The translations under genes were made by a program, and so were the position numbers. This document shows, one piece after another, positions 1 through 9,385 of a stretch of DNA of 64,000 nt. The first letter of the stretch is position 1. The number at the start of each line of letters is the position of its first letter. The notes under the pieces are model-generated. The model did not search any database. It had not been told where the DNA came from and was given only the letters and a program-made list of their open reading frames with translations. Source of the DNA: Candidatus Hadarchaeota archaeon (GTDB taxonomy: Archaea; CAYQAE01; CAYVLA01); NCBI GenBank assembly GCA_964452145.1, contig CAYVLA010000008.1:12360-76359 (forward strand), written 5' to 3'.

Positions 1-887
1 AGGATCAGGACAAGGATCAGATGGAGGAGCAGGGTCGCGCCGTCGAAGGGATCAAGCGGTACACCCAAGAATAGGGTCACGAAGATGCTTGAGACAGCGA
101 ACATCGTCAACGCCCGCATGGCATAGTAAGCCGCCCTCCAGCTGCTCGCCAGCTCCAGCATGGGTCCCTCCACCAAGTCGGCCTTGGCCTTTCCGATCGA
201 GAAGGGGTACTCGTTGAGGATGGCCATGTATCCCAGCAGATAGACGAAGGCGCCTATGGCACCGGGAACCGTGAAGATGAAGGACTGCCATCCGGCCTGC
301 CTGTTGATTATGTCCACGATGCTGATGGACCGGGTCCAGGCAACCGGGATGAACATCGCGACGTACAGCGGCAGGGAAGCCAACATCACCATCTTCCACA
401 TCCTCACCGAGCCCCAGTTCTCAAGGGTCGATTGGGTTGCCTGGGGCCACTTCGATCCCTTGGCGTGGTCGGGATAAGGCAGCCTGACGCTGAGTATGTT
501 GGAGGAAAGGTATCCCATGATGATGTAGACGAGCTCCTCCACCTTCAGCAGCCCCACTATGGCCACAAGGCTCCCCAGCCCCAGAATGCCTGCCCACTGT
601 GGAGTCGTGAACATCACGATGAGATACATGGCGAGAACGCCCACGACTGGGCTCCACTTGTAGAGACCCGGCATGGGCGAGCTGATCACCGGCTTATGCT
701 TGAAGACGAATTTAAGGAGGCTGAAGAACCCGGGCGTCAGTATCCCGGGCCCGATTCTCTGCTGTATCCTGGCATGTATCTTCCTCTCCAGGCCGGGCAG
801 CACGGTGGAGTAGGCTATCGCCACCATGGGGATCCCGAAGGATGCGATCAGTATGGCGGCAACCCTCTCTGGGTCGATTTCGATCAC
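1..887 (-). CDS. ehbO: Energy-converting hydrogenase membrane subunit, NuoH/complex I subunit 1 family (3' end outside window)
   Basis: Not in ORF track. Manual translation from GTG at 887 (GTGA overlap with the large-subunit stop) gives MIEIDPERVAAILIASFGIPMVAIAYSTVLPGLERKIHARIQQRIGPG, containing the NuoH-type ERK..AR.Q.R.GP motif. Confidence 0.88.
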   Translation of the reverse strand, partial: MIEIDPERVAAILIASFGIPMVAIAYSTVLPGLERKIHARIQQRIGPGILTPGFFSLLKFVFKHKPVISSPMPGLYKWSPVVGVLAMYLIVMFTTPQWAGILGLGSLVAIVGLLKVEELVYIIMGYLSSNILSVRLPYPDHAKGSKWPQATQSTLENWGSVRMWKMVMLASLPLYVAMFIPVAWTRSISIVDIINRQAGWQSFIFTVPGAIGAFVYLLGYMAILNEYPFSIGKAKADLVEGPMLELASSWRAAYYAMRALTMFAVSSIFVTLFLGVPLDPFDGATLLLHLILVLI

Positions 888-2098
888 GGCCGACGCCTCC
901 TGAGGTCGTCGAGGCCCATCTCCCTCTGCCTCCCTTTCTCGTCTACGACGATGAACCTGTTGCAGCATGTCAGACACGGATCACAGCTGGCCAGCGTCAC
1001 GACGGCATCCGTCAGCTGGTCGCCGATGCAAGCCATCTCCATGGTGGCCAGGCTCGTCACGGTGGGCGTCCGCACGATGTAGTGCTCGATTCTGCCCTTC
1101 TCGTCCAGGGCGTAGGAGTGGTAGAGCTCGCCCCTCGGCACCTCTATGTAGGAGTGCTGCATCTTCATGGGTCCGATCTCCCAGTCCCGGTTCAACACGT
1201 CGGCATGGCCCGAGGCCTTTTCGACAGCCTGTCTAACTATATTGGCGGAAACAAAACACTCCAACGCCCTGGCCGCGACGCGAGCAAGGTTATCCCCATC
1301 ATCCAGAACGACCATATCCCAGTCGAAGGCTTTGTACTCCTTCATCTGGGTCCTGAGATCGTACTCGACTCCTGATGCCCGGGCAGTTGGGCCCACGGCG
1401 TGGTACTTCTCGGCCATCCTCTTGTCGCAGACGCCGACGCCCTTGAGCCTTGATGTGACCATTACATCGGACAGGAATCTGTCAACGAATCTTCTCAGGT
1501 CAGTTTCCAGCTTGTCCATGACGGATAGTATCTTGTCCGCCTTCCACTGGGCTATCTGGGTCCGCGGCCGCACCCCGCCCAGAACCGGAATGGAGTAATG
1601 GACGCGGTTGCCCGAGATGATGTAGAGAATTTCCATCACGGGTTCACGCAACAGGAAGCTACGATAGGCGAACGTCTCGTGTCCAAGCACCTCACAGGCA
1701 TGGGCGATGAAGATCAGGTGGCTGTGCAGCCTCTCCAGCTCCTCGCCGAGAACCCTTATGGCATGCGCAGCTTCCGGGACATCTATGCCCAGCCCTGAGT
1801 CTGCGGTCCTCACCGAGTTCCACAGGTGTCCGTGACTGCAGATTCCGCATATCCTCTCGGTTATGATCTGCGCCTTCTCCACCGGCATGCCTTCCAGTAT
1901 CCTCTCAATTCCTCGATGCGCCGGGTCGACCTCTATCTCGCAGTCCTTGACGATCTCGTCCTCCACGAAGTACCTCGTCCTGTATGGCTCCAGAAGGGCG
2001 GAATGATTGAACCCAACCGGTATCTCGCACTCGAAGGCCGTCTCACGGGCCTTGCCCTTTCCCATGAAATCCGAGTAGTCGCTCAGATCGCCTGACAT
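884..2098 (-). CDS. ehbN: Group 4 [NiFe] hydrogenase large subunit
   Basis: L1 motif RICGIC, L2 motif DPCLTC, EVPRGEL; short C-terminal extension after L2. Confidence 0.93.
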   Translation of the reverse strand: MSGDLSDYSDFMGKGKARETAFECEIPVGFNHSALLEPYRTRYFVEDEIVKDCEIEVDPAHRGIERILEGMPVEKAQIITERICGICSHGHLWNSVRTADSGLGIDVPEAAHAIRVLGEELERLHSHLIFIAHACEVLGHETFAYRSFLLREPVMEILYIISGNRVHYSIPVLGGVRPRTQIAQWKADKILSVMDKLETDLRRFVDRFLSDVMVTSRLKGVGVCDKRMAEKYHAVGPTARASGVEYDLRTQMKEYKAFDWDMVVLDDGDNLARVAARALECFVSANIVRQAVEKASGHADVLNRDWEIGPMKMQHSYIEVPRGELYHSYALDEKGRIEHYIVRTPTVTSLATMEMACIGDQLTDAVVTLASCDPCLTCCNRFIVVDEKGRQREMGLDDLRRRRP

Positions 2099-2544
2099 CA
2101 GTCGGACCTCTCAGACAGTATTTTGACGGCGACCGCGGCGGCCGAAATGATGTCCTCCGGTCTGGGGGGACATCCAGGCACCTTGGCATCGACCGGGATG
2201 ATGTTCTCGACGGGGCCCACTATCTCCCAGCTCGACCCCAGATCGCCTCCGAGGTTCTTGTACACATTGCCGTTGATCGCGCAGGCCCCCACCGCAGCCA
2301 CAACCTTCGGCTCAGGAATGGCATCGTAGATCGCCTTCAGGGCCGGCGCGATCTTCCGGGTAACGGGCCCGGTGACCAGCAGGATGTCGGCCTCCCTGGG
2401 ATTCCACGTGAGCATCACGTTGTACTGCTCGATGTCGTGTATGGGAGAGAAGACTGAGGCAACTATCTCTATGTCGCAACCGTTGCAGCCACCCGTGTAG
2501 ACGACCATCACGTGAATGGCCCGCTTCCGTGCCAGGGCTTTCAC
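2098..2544 (-). CDS. ehbM: [NiFe] hydrogenase small subunit (NuoB-like)
   Basis: [24 protein letters not shown] and PGCPPRP motifs. Confidence 0.93.
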   Translation of the reverse strand: MKALARKRAIHVMVVYTGGCNGCDIEIVASVFSPIHDIEQYNVMLTWNPREADILLVTGPVTRKIAPALKAIYDAIPEPKVVAAVGACAINGNVYKNLGGDLGSSWEIVGPVENIIPVDAKVPGCPPRPEDIISAAAVAVKILSERSD

Positions 2545-3056
2545 GGCCTTTCCCTCCGCAGGAGTTCGCTTGCCTCATCTGCCAACAGCTTCTGGATTTC
2601 CACGATCTTCTGTTCGGGGATCTTGATGGGCCTCTTCAGAAGCTGGGTCGGGTCCTTGGTCATGACATCGAGATCCCTTGGGTTGGCCACCTCTCGGGGA
2701 TGAATGGTTGCCGGAAGGCCAAAAAGGGCGGTGACCGGGCAGTTGTCATGACACTGGAAGCAGTATATGCACTTCATGGAATCTATCTCAGGCACGCTTC
2801 TCTTGACGTAACCCGGCACTATCTCCACGGGCTTCTCAACAGGCACCATGGTTATGCACTTGGTCGGACAGATGTTGGCGCAGGCCCCACACCCCAGGCA
2901 ACCAAGCCAGTTCTCCGTGATCGGAGGCTTCACCGAGCCGGTCAGGATCTTCTTCCTGAGATCCATGCTCGTGACCCGGTCTGCCCTGAACATAACTCTG
3001 GCCATGTTGGTGTATATGCCTCCCGCAATCACCCTAAGGAAGACTCCAAAGCTCAT
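2541..3056 (-). CDS. ehbL: 2[4Fe-4S] subunit (NuoI-like)
   Basis: [12 protein letters not shown] and [12 protein letters not shown]; operon position. Confidence 0.85.
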   Translation of the reverse strand: MSFGVFLRVIAGGIYTNMARVMFRADRVTSMDLRKKILTGSVKPPITENWLGCLGCGACANICPTKCITMVPVEKPVEIVPGYVKRSVPEIDSMKCIYCFQCHDNCPVTALFGLPATIHPREVANPRDLDVMTKDPTQLLKRPIKIPEQKIVEIQKLLADEASELLRRERP

Positions 3057-3062
3057 CCTGCT

Positions 3063-4436
3063 TCACCTCTCCCCGAGCTCCACGCCGTTGTCGAATCTTC
3101 TCCAGACCTTGATCGCGTTCACAGGGCATATCTGGGCGCAGGCGCCACAGTGAACGCACTTCTCTGGATCGACGTTGATATTCTCGTCGATTGCGTCGTG
3201 AGGACAGGTCTTGACGCAGAGCATACACTTCACGCACAGGTTCTTGTCCACCTGCGTCAAGCCCTCGACGACCTTCTTCTTCGACAGCGATGTGAGAATC
3301 GGTATTGCATCGTACGGGCAGTAGGAAGCACAGGTCTCGCACATTATGCACTTGTCCATGTCCACCTCGACGCTTCTCCCTGGCATCAGCGTTATGGCCT
3401 CGGTGGGGCAGACCAGAGAGCAGGTCCCGCACCTGGTGCAGGCCTCCGTGACCCCGCCATCCCAGTTCACTCTCGCAAAGGATATCGCCTGAACCGGGCA
3501 TTCCTTGATGCATCTGCCGCAGAGGATGCAGGTTCCCTTGAATATTCCATCCTTCTCGACTCTCACCTGCATCGGGCAGACCTCGACGCATTTGCCGCAT
3601 CTAATGCACAGGCTAGGGTCGTTGAGGTATTTGCCTCGGTCTTCGTATATGGCCTTGGTCGGACAGTTCAGTTCACAGATTCCACAGTTGGCGCACCATG
3701 TGATCGTGCCCTTGATCTCTCCCTGGGGCGGCCTAATCTTCACTTCCCCTCTGTCAACGTAGATGGCCTTCTGGGGGCATTCGGGCACGCACTTGAGGCA
3801 CCGCGTACACCTCTTCAGCATCTGGTAATTGTCAAGATCCACGGCATTGAAGGGGCAGACCTCGACGCATCTCCCGCACCGCGTACAGCCCTCCGTCTCG
3901 ACGTGCAATCTTATTGCAGTTGCCGGACAGACGACCTCACACCTTCGACATCTGATGCACTTGTCCCGATCGATCTTGATGCTGCGCTTGGAGAGCTCTT
4001 TTCTGGGAGGCTTCTCCTTCTCCAGATCCTTCTTTATCTCCTCCGCCGTCTTCTCTATGTACGCCAGGTCGAGGAGCTTGTCGATGAGTTCCTCCTTCCT
4101 GTATTTGAGGAAGGCTCCGCCATCGAGCCTAGCATTCACTGGGCATACATCCACACATTTACCGCATCTGGTACAGATCCCAACGGGGAAGGGCTCCATG
4201 CGGATGATGCTCATGGGGCATACCGCCTTGCACAGACCACACTGTGTGCACTTCGCCTTGTCCAAGACGTAGCCCCCGTACTTGTTCATGGTTATGGCCT
4301 TGGTAGGGCATATGTCAGCGCACATCCCGCACGTGATGCAGCTGACAACCCGGCCCCCCATCTCCATGATGGCCTTGGTAGGGCACTCCCTTATGCAGTC
4401 GCCGCACTTGTTGCAGTCGGAGGTGGTGACGAACAC
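3063..4436 (-). CDS. ehbK: Polyferredoxin
   Basis: About 14 CxxCxxCxxxCP motifs. Confidence 0.9.
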   Translation of the reverse strand: MFVTTSDCNKCGDCIRECPTKAIMEMGGRVVSCITCGMCADICPTKAITMNKYGGYVLDKAKCTQCGLCKAVCPMSIIRMEPFPVGICTRCGKCVDVCPVNARLDGGAFLKYRKEELIDKLLDLAYIEKTAEEIKKDLEKEKPPRKELSKRSIKIDRDKCIRCRRCEVVCPATAIRLHVETEGCTRCGRCVEVCPFNAVDLDNYQMLKRCTRCLKCVPECPQKAIYVDRGEVKIRPPQGEIKGTITWCANCGICELNCPTKAIYEDRGKYLNDPSLCIRCGKCVEVCPMQVRVEKDGIFKGTCILCGRCIKECPVQAISFARVNWDGGVTEACTRCGTCSLVCPTEAITLMPGRSVEVDMDKCIMCETCASYCPYDAIPILTSLSKKKVVEGLTQVDKNLCVKCMLCVKTCPHDAIDENINVDPEKCVHCGACAQICPVNAIKVWRRFDNGVELGER

Positions 4437-4744
4437 TACGCCTTCCCCCCTTCGGTATCGCCCGCCCTGCGACCAACCAGCTCCCTTCCCAGGATGAGGC
4501 CGATTATGCCGAAGAGAAACGCGCCGGAGAGCCCAGGCCAGTAGGCCGCCCTCTCAAGGACGGTGCCTCCGATCCTGTAGTAGTAGAAGTCGTATGATCC
4601 GTAGAGGAAGATGGCTCCGAGAAGGCCGAACACGTACCCCACGCGCACCCTGCCCTCGCCGGTTGTCGACCTGAGCCTGGATCCCAGGAGGAAGCCGAAG
4701 AAAACCGCGAATATGATCTCGCCGAAGGGCAGGGCAAGGTTCAT
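4436..4744 (-). CDS. Small membrane subunit of the hydrogenase (EhbJ position)
   Basis: Three hydrophobic segments; coupled to both neighbours; syntenic with ehbJ. Confidence 0.7.
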   Translation of the reverse strand: MNLALPFGEIIFAVFFGFLLGSRLRSTTGEGRVRVGYVFGLLGAIFLYGSYDFYYYRIGGTVLERAAYWPGLSGAFLFGIIGLILGRELVGRRAGDTEGGKA

Positions 4745-5583
4745 CTCTTCTTCGCCTCCGTTAGGACGAGGACCAGAGTCGACAGGCCGCCCAGAACCTT
4801 GAGGAAAACCGCGATGTTCAGGAAGGGCAGGATGCCTGGACCATAGTAGGGCCTGTCGGGGGCATCGGGGTAGTTGAAATCGGCCGCGACTCCGGTCTGG
4901 CTCGGAGCATAGTGGGAATCGACTATGTTGTCCGCGATCTGCTCTTCGTACCCCAGGTTTGAGCCGGTGTTATAGAGGTAGTATCCCGTGGTGACTAGGC
5001 CAAGTAGGCCCAGAAGGATGAACAAAAGGGCGCCCATCGTCTCGAAGGACGATAGTGCCGAATGCCTCATGCCGATGGGGTTCCTCTTCAGCCCGTAGCC
5101 CATTACGCCCAGGAGGTACCCGGTCGCGACTATGGAGCCTCCCTGGAATCCGCCTCCCGGAGTGATGTGCCCGCCTAGGGTGATCACGATCCCGTAAGCT
5201 ATGATGGCTATGATGACCGGGTATCCGAAGAGCCCGATTATGAGGGAGTCGTGACTCCTCTCCAAGCCTCCGGCGAACTCCTCCAGAACCTCCTCTCCCT
5301 TGGACAGGGCCCCTCTGCCGAAAAGCATGGCGGTGACTATGACCCCGGTCACCAAGACCAGGGCTTCGCCGAGGGTGTCAAGGCCCCTCCAATCGAATAG
5401 AACCACCGTTATCTGGTTGGGAGCTATGAAAGCGCCGAGGAAGTTGTACATCCTCGCCACGTACATGCCGAGGCCAGTCGTACTGGCGACCTCTGCGAGC
5501 CTCAGGCCTTCCCGGAACAGGAGTCCGCCGAATCCCGCCACCAATATGAATATGAGCAATGATCTTCCGCCGCTGGGCTTCAT
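4741..5583 (-). CDS. MnhB-domain membrane subunit, apparent EhbH-EhbI fusion
   Basis: N-terminal APNQITVVLFDWRGLDTLGE followed by GHITPGGGFQGG; ATG at 5583 overlaps upstream TGA. Confidence 0.8.
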   Translation of the reverse strand: MKPSGGRSLLIFILVAGFGGLLFREGLRLAEVASTTGLGMYVARMYNFLGAFIAPNQITVVLFDWRGLDTLGEALVLVTGVIVTAMLFGRGALSKGEEVLEEFAGGLERSHDSLIIGLFGYPVIIAIIAYGIVITLGGHITPGGGFQGGSIVATGYLLGVMGYGLKRNPIGMRHSALSSFETMGALLFILLGLLGLVTTGYYLYNTGSNLGYEEQIADNIVDSHYAPSQTGVAADFNYPDAPDRPYYGPGILPFLNIAVFLKVLGGLSTLVLVLTEAKKR

Positions 5584-5918
5584 CCTGACCACGACCAGAC
5601 AATCAGAATCGTGATGGCGAACAGCACGACCATCACGTAGAACGCCATGGAATCGAAATCGTCAGACATCTCGAACCTCATGCGTGCCCCCGCCGGGAGG
5701 TTATTGATGACCAACAGAGCAAGGATCGCCATGCCGAGAAGACCGAGGGCCAGGCCTAGGTTGAAGATGGAGAAGAGGCTGATGATCAGGAGTATGGCCG
5801 GGATCTCAATGCCCAAGAAGGACCCGACCACATAGCTCTTCTCCTTCGTTTCGGAGCTTTCCCTCGAATCCAGCGATGATCTGAAGATGTAGTCGAAAAT
5901 CTCATCAATCTTTGACAT
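5580..5918 (-). CDS. Small membrane subunit (EhbG position)
   Basis: Hydrophobic 112-aa ORF between the MnhD-like and MnhB-like genes. Confidence 0.7.
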   Translation of the reverse strand: MSKIDEIFDYIFRSSLDSRESSETKEKSYVVGSFLGIEIPAILLIISLFSIFNLGLALGLLGMAILALLVINNLPAGARMRFEMSDDFDSMAFYVMVVLFAITILIVWSWSG

Positions 5919-5922
5919 TTCG

Positions 5923-7467
5923 CTAGCCTCCGAAAAGGACTCCGAGTCCTGACATGATTGGGTCTATGGCGAGGTTGGGAAGGAGGCCGAAGAACACCTC
6001 AATCACCAAGGCCACCAGCAGGACCAGCATCATGGCGAACGGGACCTCCAGGGGCTTTGGCTCCTCGCCCACAGGAAGAGGGCGAAGGAAGACCAGAACG
6101 AAGGCCTTCGCCAGGGCGTAGAAGACCATGACGGTCGATACGACCATCAGCAGCCCCACGGTCATGAACCCATGAGCGAACGCGAACTGGATCAGCCGCC
6201 ACTCGCTTTGGAAGCAGTTGAACGGCGGCACCCCGGCAACGGCCAGCATGGATATGAGGGTCAGTAAGGCGAATTCCCTACTGCGCCCGAGAAGCCCCCT
6301 GATCCTGGTCATGTCCGTGTGTCCGTAGGCATGGAGGATCACGCCTGCGCTGATGAAGAGGGCGGATGTGACGACGATCTCGTTGAAGCCGTGGAAGATA
6401 CCATAGGCCATCCCCTCATGGCCCCAAGCATACACCCCCGTCGAATAGTTGGGAAGCCGCCTGAAGAAGGACAGGCCGATCCCGACTATGCCGGCCTGGT
6501 TCACGGCCACATAGGCAAGGAGCCGCCTGAAGTCATTCTGGACCATGGCCATGGCGCCCCCAACGACCATGGCGAACGTAGCAAGGATCAGCATTGCCTG
6601 CCATGTGGCGGGCTGCCAGAAGAAGAGCCGCGCGATGATGATGCCAACCGAGATTAGAAGTATCTTGGATATGGCCTGGAGAATCGCGCCCGCCTCCGCC
6701 GAGGCCCGGGAGTACAGCTCCGACTTGATCGTGTGAAACGGCGGCAACCCGCCCCCGTATGTCCATGCGAAGACCAGCAGCGCCAATCCCATGAAGACCA
6801 TGGGGGCATCTCGCTGGGTCGCCATGGTCGAGAAGTATAGGAACATGTCCGATACGTTGAGAACACCGGTTGCGGAGAGCAGGAAGGCTATGCCAAGCAG
6901 CAGCATGCCTCCGGCGACGGAACCGAGAAGCATGTACTTCAGCGCCGTTCTGAAGGCACCCTGCTCGTGCAAGCTCGCGACGATGCCCGCCTGCGCCACC
7001 GTGCAGATCTCAAAGAAGACGAACAGGTTGAAGATGTCGTCCACCAGGCACACAGCGCAGGCGGTCGATATGGCCATCAAGAGCAGGAATAGATAGACGC
7101 CGGATATCCTCTCGTGCATCACCATCGCGACGCCCACGCTTAATGCAGCCATGACCGCGAAGGCCAGAAGCAGGACCATCTGAACCTGGGTGTAGTGATA
7201 GGCAATTCCCAGGTTGAACGCCATCGGCAGGTATCCTCCCAGGAAATACTCGACCTTCGGGTGGGCGCCGAAGACGTAGTAGGTGCTCTCAAGCGCCGTG
7301 AAGAAGGGTAGCGACACCAGAGCGACCATGCCGAGGGCAGCCAAGACCTTGACAGTCCTAGTCCTCCTGTAGAGGAAGTTGGAAAGCACGGCGGCCAGGA
7401 TGGGGATGACGACGAAGAGAGGAACGGTCTCCTTGAGGGAAAACAGTGGGCTAGCCACTCGTACCAA
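5923..7467 (-). CDS. ehbF: Antiporter-like ion-translocating subunit (MnhD/NuoN family)
   Basis: Polytopic; DIFNLFVFFEI, ALKY, DFRRLLAY, GVPPFN motifs. Confidence 0.88.
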   Translation of the reverse strand: MVRVASPLFSLKETVPLFVVIPILAAVLSNFLYRRTRTVKVLAALGMVALVSLPFFTALESTYYVFGAHPKVEYFLGGYLPMAFNLGIAYHYTQVQMVLLLAFAVMAALSVGVAMVMHERISGVYLFLLLMAISTACAVCLVDDIFNLFVFFEICTVAQAGIVASLHEQGAFRTALKYMLLGSVAGGMLLLGIAFLLSATGVLNVSDMFLYFSTMATQRDAPMVFMGLALLVFAWTYGGGLPPFHTIKSELYSRASAEAGAILQAISKILLISVGIIIARLFFWQPATWQAMLILATFAMVVGGAMAMVQNDFRRLLAYVAVNQAGIVGIGLSFFRRLPNYSTGVYAWGHEGMAYGIFHGFNEIVVTSALFISAGVILHAYGHTDMTRIRGLLGRSREFALLTLISMLAVAGVPPFNCFQSEWRLIQFAFAHGFMTVGLLMVVSTVMVFYALAKAFVLVFLRPLPVGEEPKPLEVPFAMMLVLLVALVIEVFFGLLPNLAIDPIMSGLGVLFGG

Positions 7468-7882
7468 CCTCCGCCAGGACCTCGGAGGCCCGAAGGCTAC
7501 CGTGTTTCTGGTACAGCTTGATGATCAGGCCAAGCACGACGGCCATGGTCGCGGCCCCGATGACGATATTCGTTAGCACCAAGGCGTACGGAAGACAGAA
7601 GCCTGCTCTGTTGGCGAACTCCATCGCTGCGGCAGCCATGGTGCTGTTTTGGGCCCTGTAGAAGGCCTCCGTGAAGATCGGGACCACCGCACCGCCCGGG
7701 ACCTCCAGGCGATAGCCCAGCGTGACCAGAAACAGGTTGACGCCATCCGTGAGGAACATCATCCCGAGAACCTTCTTTATCAGGTTGTCGATGAAGAGGA
7801 CTGCGACGATTCCGATGAGGATGAGGCTGATGGAGCCGAGGAAGGATGCCGTCTGGATGTTGATGAGACTCAACTCTCCCAC
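7451..7882 (-). CDS. ehbE: MnhC-like subunit
   Basis: DNLIKKVLG and ALVLTNIVIG motifs. Confidence 0.85.
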   Translation of the reverse strand: MGELSLINIQTASFLGSISLILIGIVAVLFIDNLIKKVLGMMFLTDGVNLFLVTLGYRLEVPGGAVVPIFTEAFYRAQNSTMAAAAMEFANRAGFCLPYALVLTNIVIGAATMAVVLGLIIKLYQKHGSLRASEVLAEVGTSG

Positions 7883-8127
7883 CTGTTCGTCTTGTATACC
7901 GCTATGAACATCAAGGCCGGCAGAAGAGCCGAGGCCAATATCGCCTGGGTAATGGCTACATCCGGGGCCAGAAGCCTCATGAACAGGACTGCCAGCGACA
8001 GGCCCTCGATGCCGCCGCCCACTATGACCGCCTTGTACAGATCCCTTGGTATCAGGGAAAGTATGGCGATGGCGATTGACGCAACGATAAGGGCATACAC
8101 GGGCAGATCGACAATGGGCACGCTCAT
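7870..8127 (-). CDS. ehbD: DUF4040/MbhD-like subunit
   Basis: APDVAITQA motif; likely start ATG 8127 (ATGA overlap). Confidence 0.82.
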   Translation of the reverse strand: MSVPIVDLPVYALIVASIAIAILSLIPRDLYKAVIVGGGIEGLSLAVLFMRLLAPDVAITQAILASALLPALMFIAVYKTNRWES

Positions 8128-8414
8128 TCTTCCCTGGCCTCCTTCGCCATGTGGTAGCGAGCGTTGGCTATGCTGTGGCCAGCAACGGGCATGAGCAAGA
8201 AGTAGGTCAGGGCCACCAGCGGATAATCCAGGACTAGGAGTATGGCGATGCAAGAGACATCCACCACCCCTATTATGTGGATCCTGGCGTACAGGACGTT
8301 CTCCACGTCATCCTTGAAGCGCCAGAGTCCGACGCAGGCCACCATGATGAGAATCGATCCGACCACCATCACCGTGCCCTGCACCATGGAAACCCACGGT
8401 GCCAGATCGATCAT
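8124..8414 (-). CDS. ehbC: MnhG-like subunit
   Basis: GLWRF...YARIH...H.IA.A pattern. Confidence 0.82.
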   Translation of the reverse strand: MIDLAPWVSMVQGTVMVVGSILIMVACVGLWRFKDDVENVLYARIHIIGVVDVSCIAILLVLDYPLVALTYFLLMPVAGHSIANARYHMAKEAREE

Positions 8415-8704
8415 TCAAAGGTTCCCTCCCTCAGTATTCTGGCAAACATGATTATTCCGACGGCTCCGAAGACTATCAGGGCAAAAGTTATCTCCCTGGC
8501 GTAGGCGATATCGAACCATCGGCCGAGGAGAATCAAGGCAGTTCCCAGTGATATCGTTGCCACGTTCGCACCGACCAAGGAGGTCGTCGATCCCTTTCTG
8601 GCAACGAGACGTGCGCCGGTGAGGAATGCGATCGACAGAGCGAAGAAGAGCAGGTACATCCCAACGTTGAACACATGTCCACTTAGCTCTTCCAGGGCCA
8701 TCAT
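8411..8704 (-). CDS. ehbB: MnhF-like subunit
   Basis: Three TM segments ending FGAVGIIMFARIL; synteny. Confidence 0.78.
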   Translation of the reverse strand: MMALEELSGHVFNVGMYLLFFALSIAFLTGARLVARKGSTTSLVGANVATISLGTALILLGRWFDIAYAREITFALIVFGAVGIIMFARILREGTFE

Positions 8705-8708
8705 CTCT

Positions 8709-9020
8709 TCACTCCAGCATTCCCTTGATGTACTTCTCGAAGGGAATGACGTCCTCCCTTGATCTGGGCGTTAACACGGCCACGCGGAGCTTTCTGTTTG
8801 CGTTGTCGACACCCACCGTCAGGGTGCCGGGAGTCAAAGTTATGCTGTTGGCCAGAACGATCTGGCTGACCTCCTTGGTGAGCACGGTTTCTATCTCGAC
8901 CACGGTTGGCTCGACCCTTCCCTTCAGGCACAATGAGGCAGTATTGACAGCTGAACGTACCATGTTCCAGGCCAGATCCAGAAGATACGCAATCCCGAAA
9001 AACAGGCGCAGCAGGAACAT
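8709..9020 (-). CDS. ehbA: MnhE-like subunit
   Basis: LANSITLTPGTLTV motif. Confidence 0.88.
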   Translation of the reverse strand: MFLLRLFFGIAYLLDLAWNMVRSAVNTASLCLKGRVEPTVVEIETVLTKEVSQIVLANSITLTPGTLTVGVDNANRKLRVAVLTPRSREDVIPFEKYIKGMLE

Positions 9021-9064
9021 CGACGTACCACGAGCCCGAGATTCTTCCAGAGGCCCGTTCGAAG

Positions 9065-9078
9065 TGGTCTAATAAATC
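9065..9078 (-). promoter_or_regulatory. Putative TATA box of the ehb operon
   Basis: Minus-strand TTTATTA about 50 nt upstream of ehbA; same 14-mer occurs upstream of purF. Confidence 0.55.
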
Positions 9079-9098
9079 TTTGGCCTAAAGCCTCAAGC

Positions 9099-9318
9099 CC
9101 CCTCAAGCCGCAGGTTCCAGTCCAGTGTCTACGCCAAGCTCGATCTCCCCCCGATCCGGATGAAGGCTGCCTACGCGATCGAAGCCCCGGCAGAGCTAGG
9201 TACGTACTTGTTACATTTAGCCAGCCGTGAGGTTGGGCTCGTATCCCATGAGCCGTGAACTCGCTGGTCGCGCCCTCGGGCCGGTGTTGCAGATCGACCT
9301 GGAGGGCAGCTTGAGCGG
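9099..9318 (-). ncRNA. Putative structured non-coding RNA, family unidentified
   Basis: Nested long-range complementarity (9306-9315 with 9102-9111; 9291-9297 with 9140-9146; 9268-9273 with 9173-9178); TATA-like element 23 nt upstream. Confidence 0.4.
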
Positions 9319-9385
9319 AAAGGGTTGGCCTTTCGCAAAGAATTTATACCGATCTGTCTATGCGGTACGGCAAGAAGGGGCTTAC

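Noticed and set aside
2529..4544. 671-aa plus-strand ORF
   Set aside because: Antisense shadow of ehbL/ehbK with no motifs; long shadow ORFs are expected at this GC content.
9100..9290. tRNA-like fragments (GGTTCCAGTCC; TGGG-CTCGTAT-CCCA), or SRP/RNase P identity for the spacer RNA
   Set aside because: No consistent cloverleaf, no SRP helix-8 GGAA/AGCA motif and no RNase P P4 consensus found.
9227..9385. N-terminal extension of LarB in the ORF track
   Set aside because: It spans the TATA box and SD; LarB-like sequence begins at GTG 9386.
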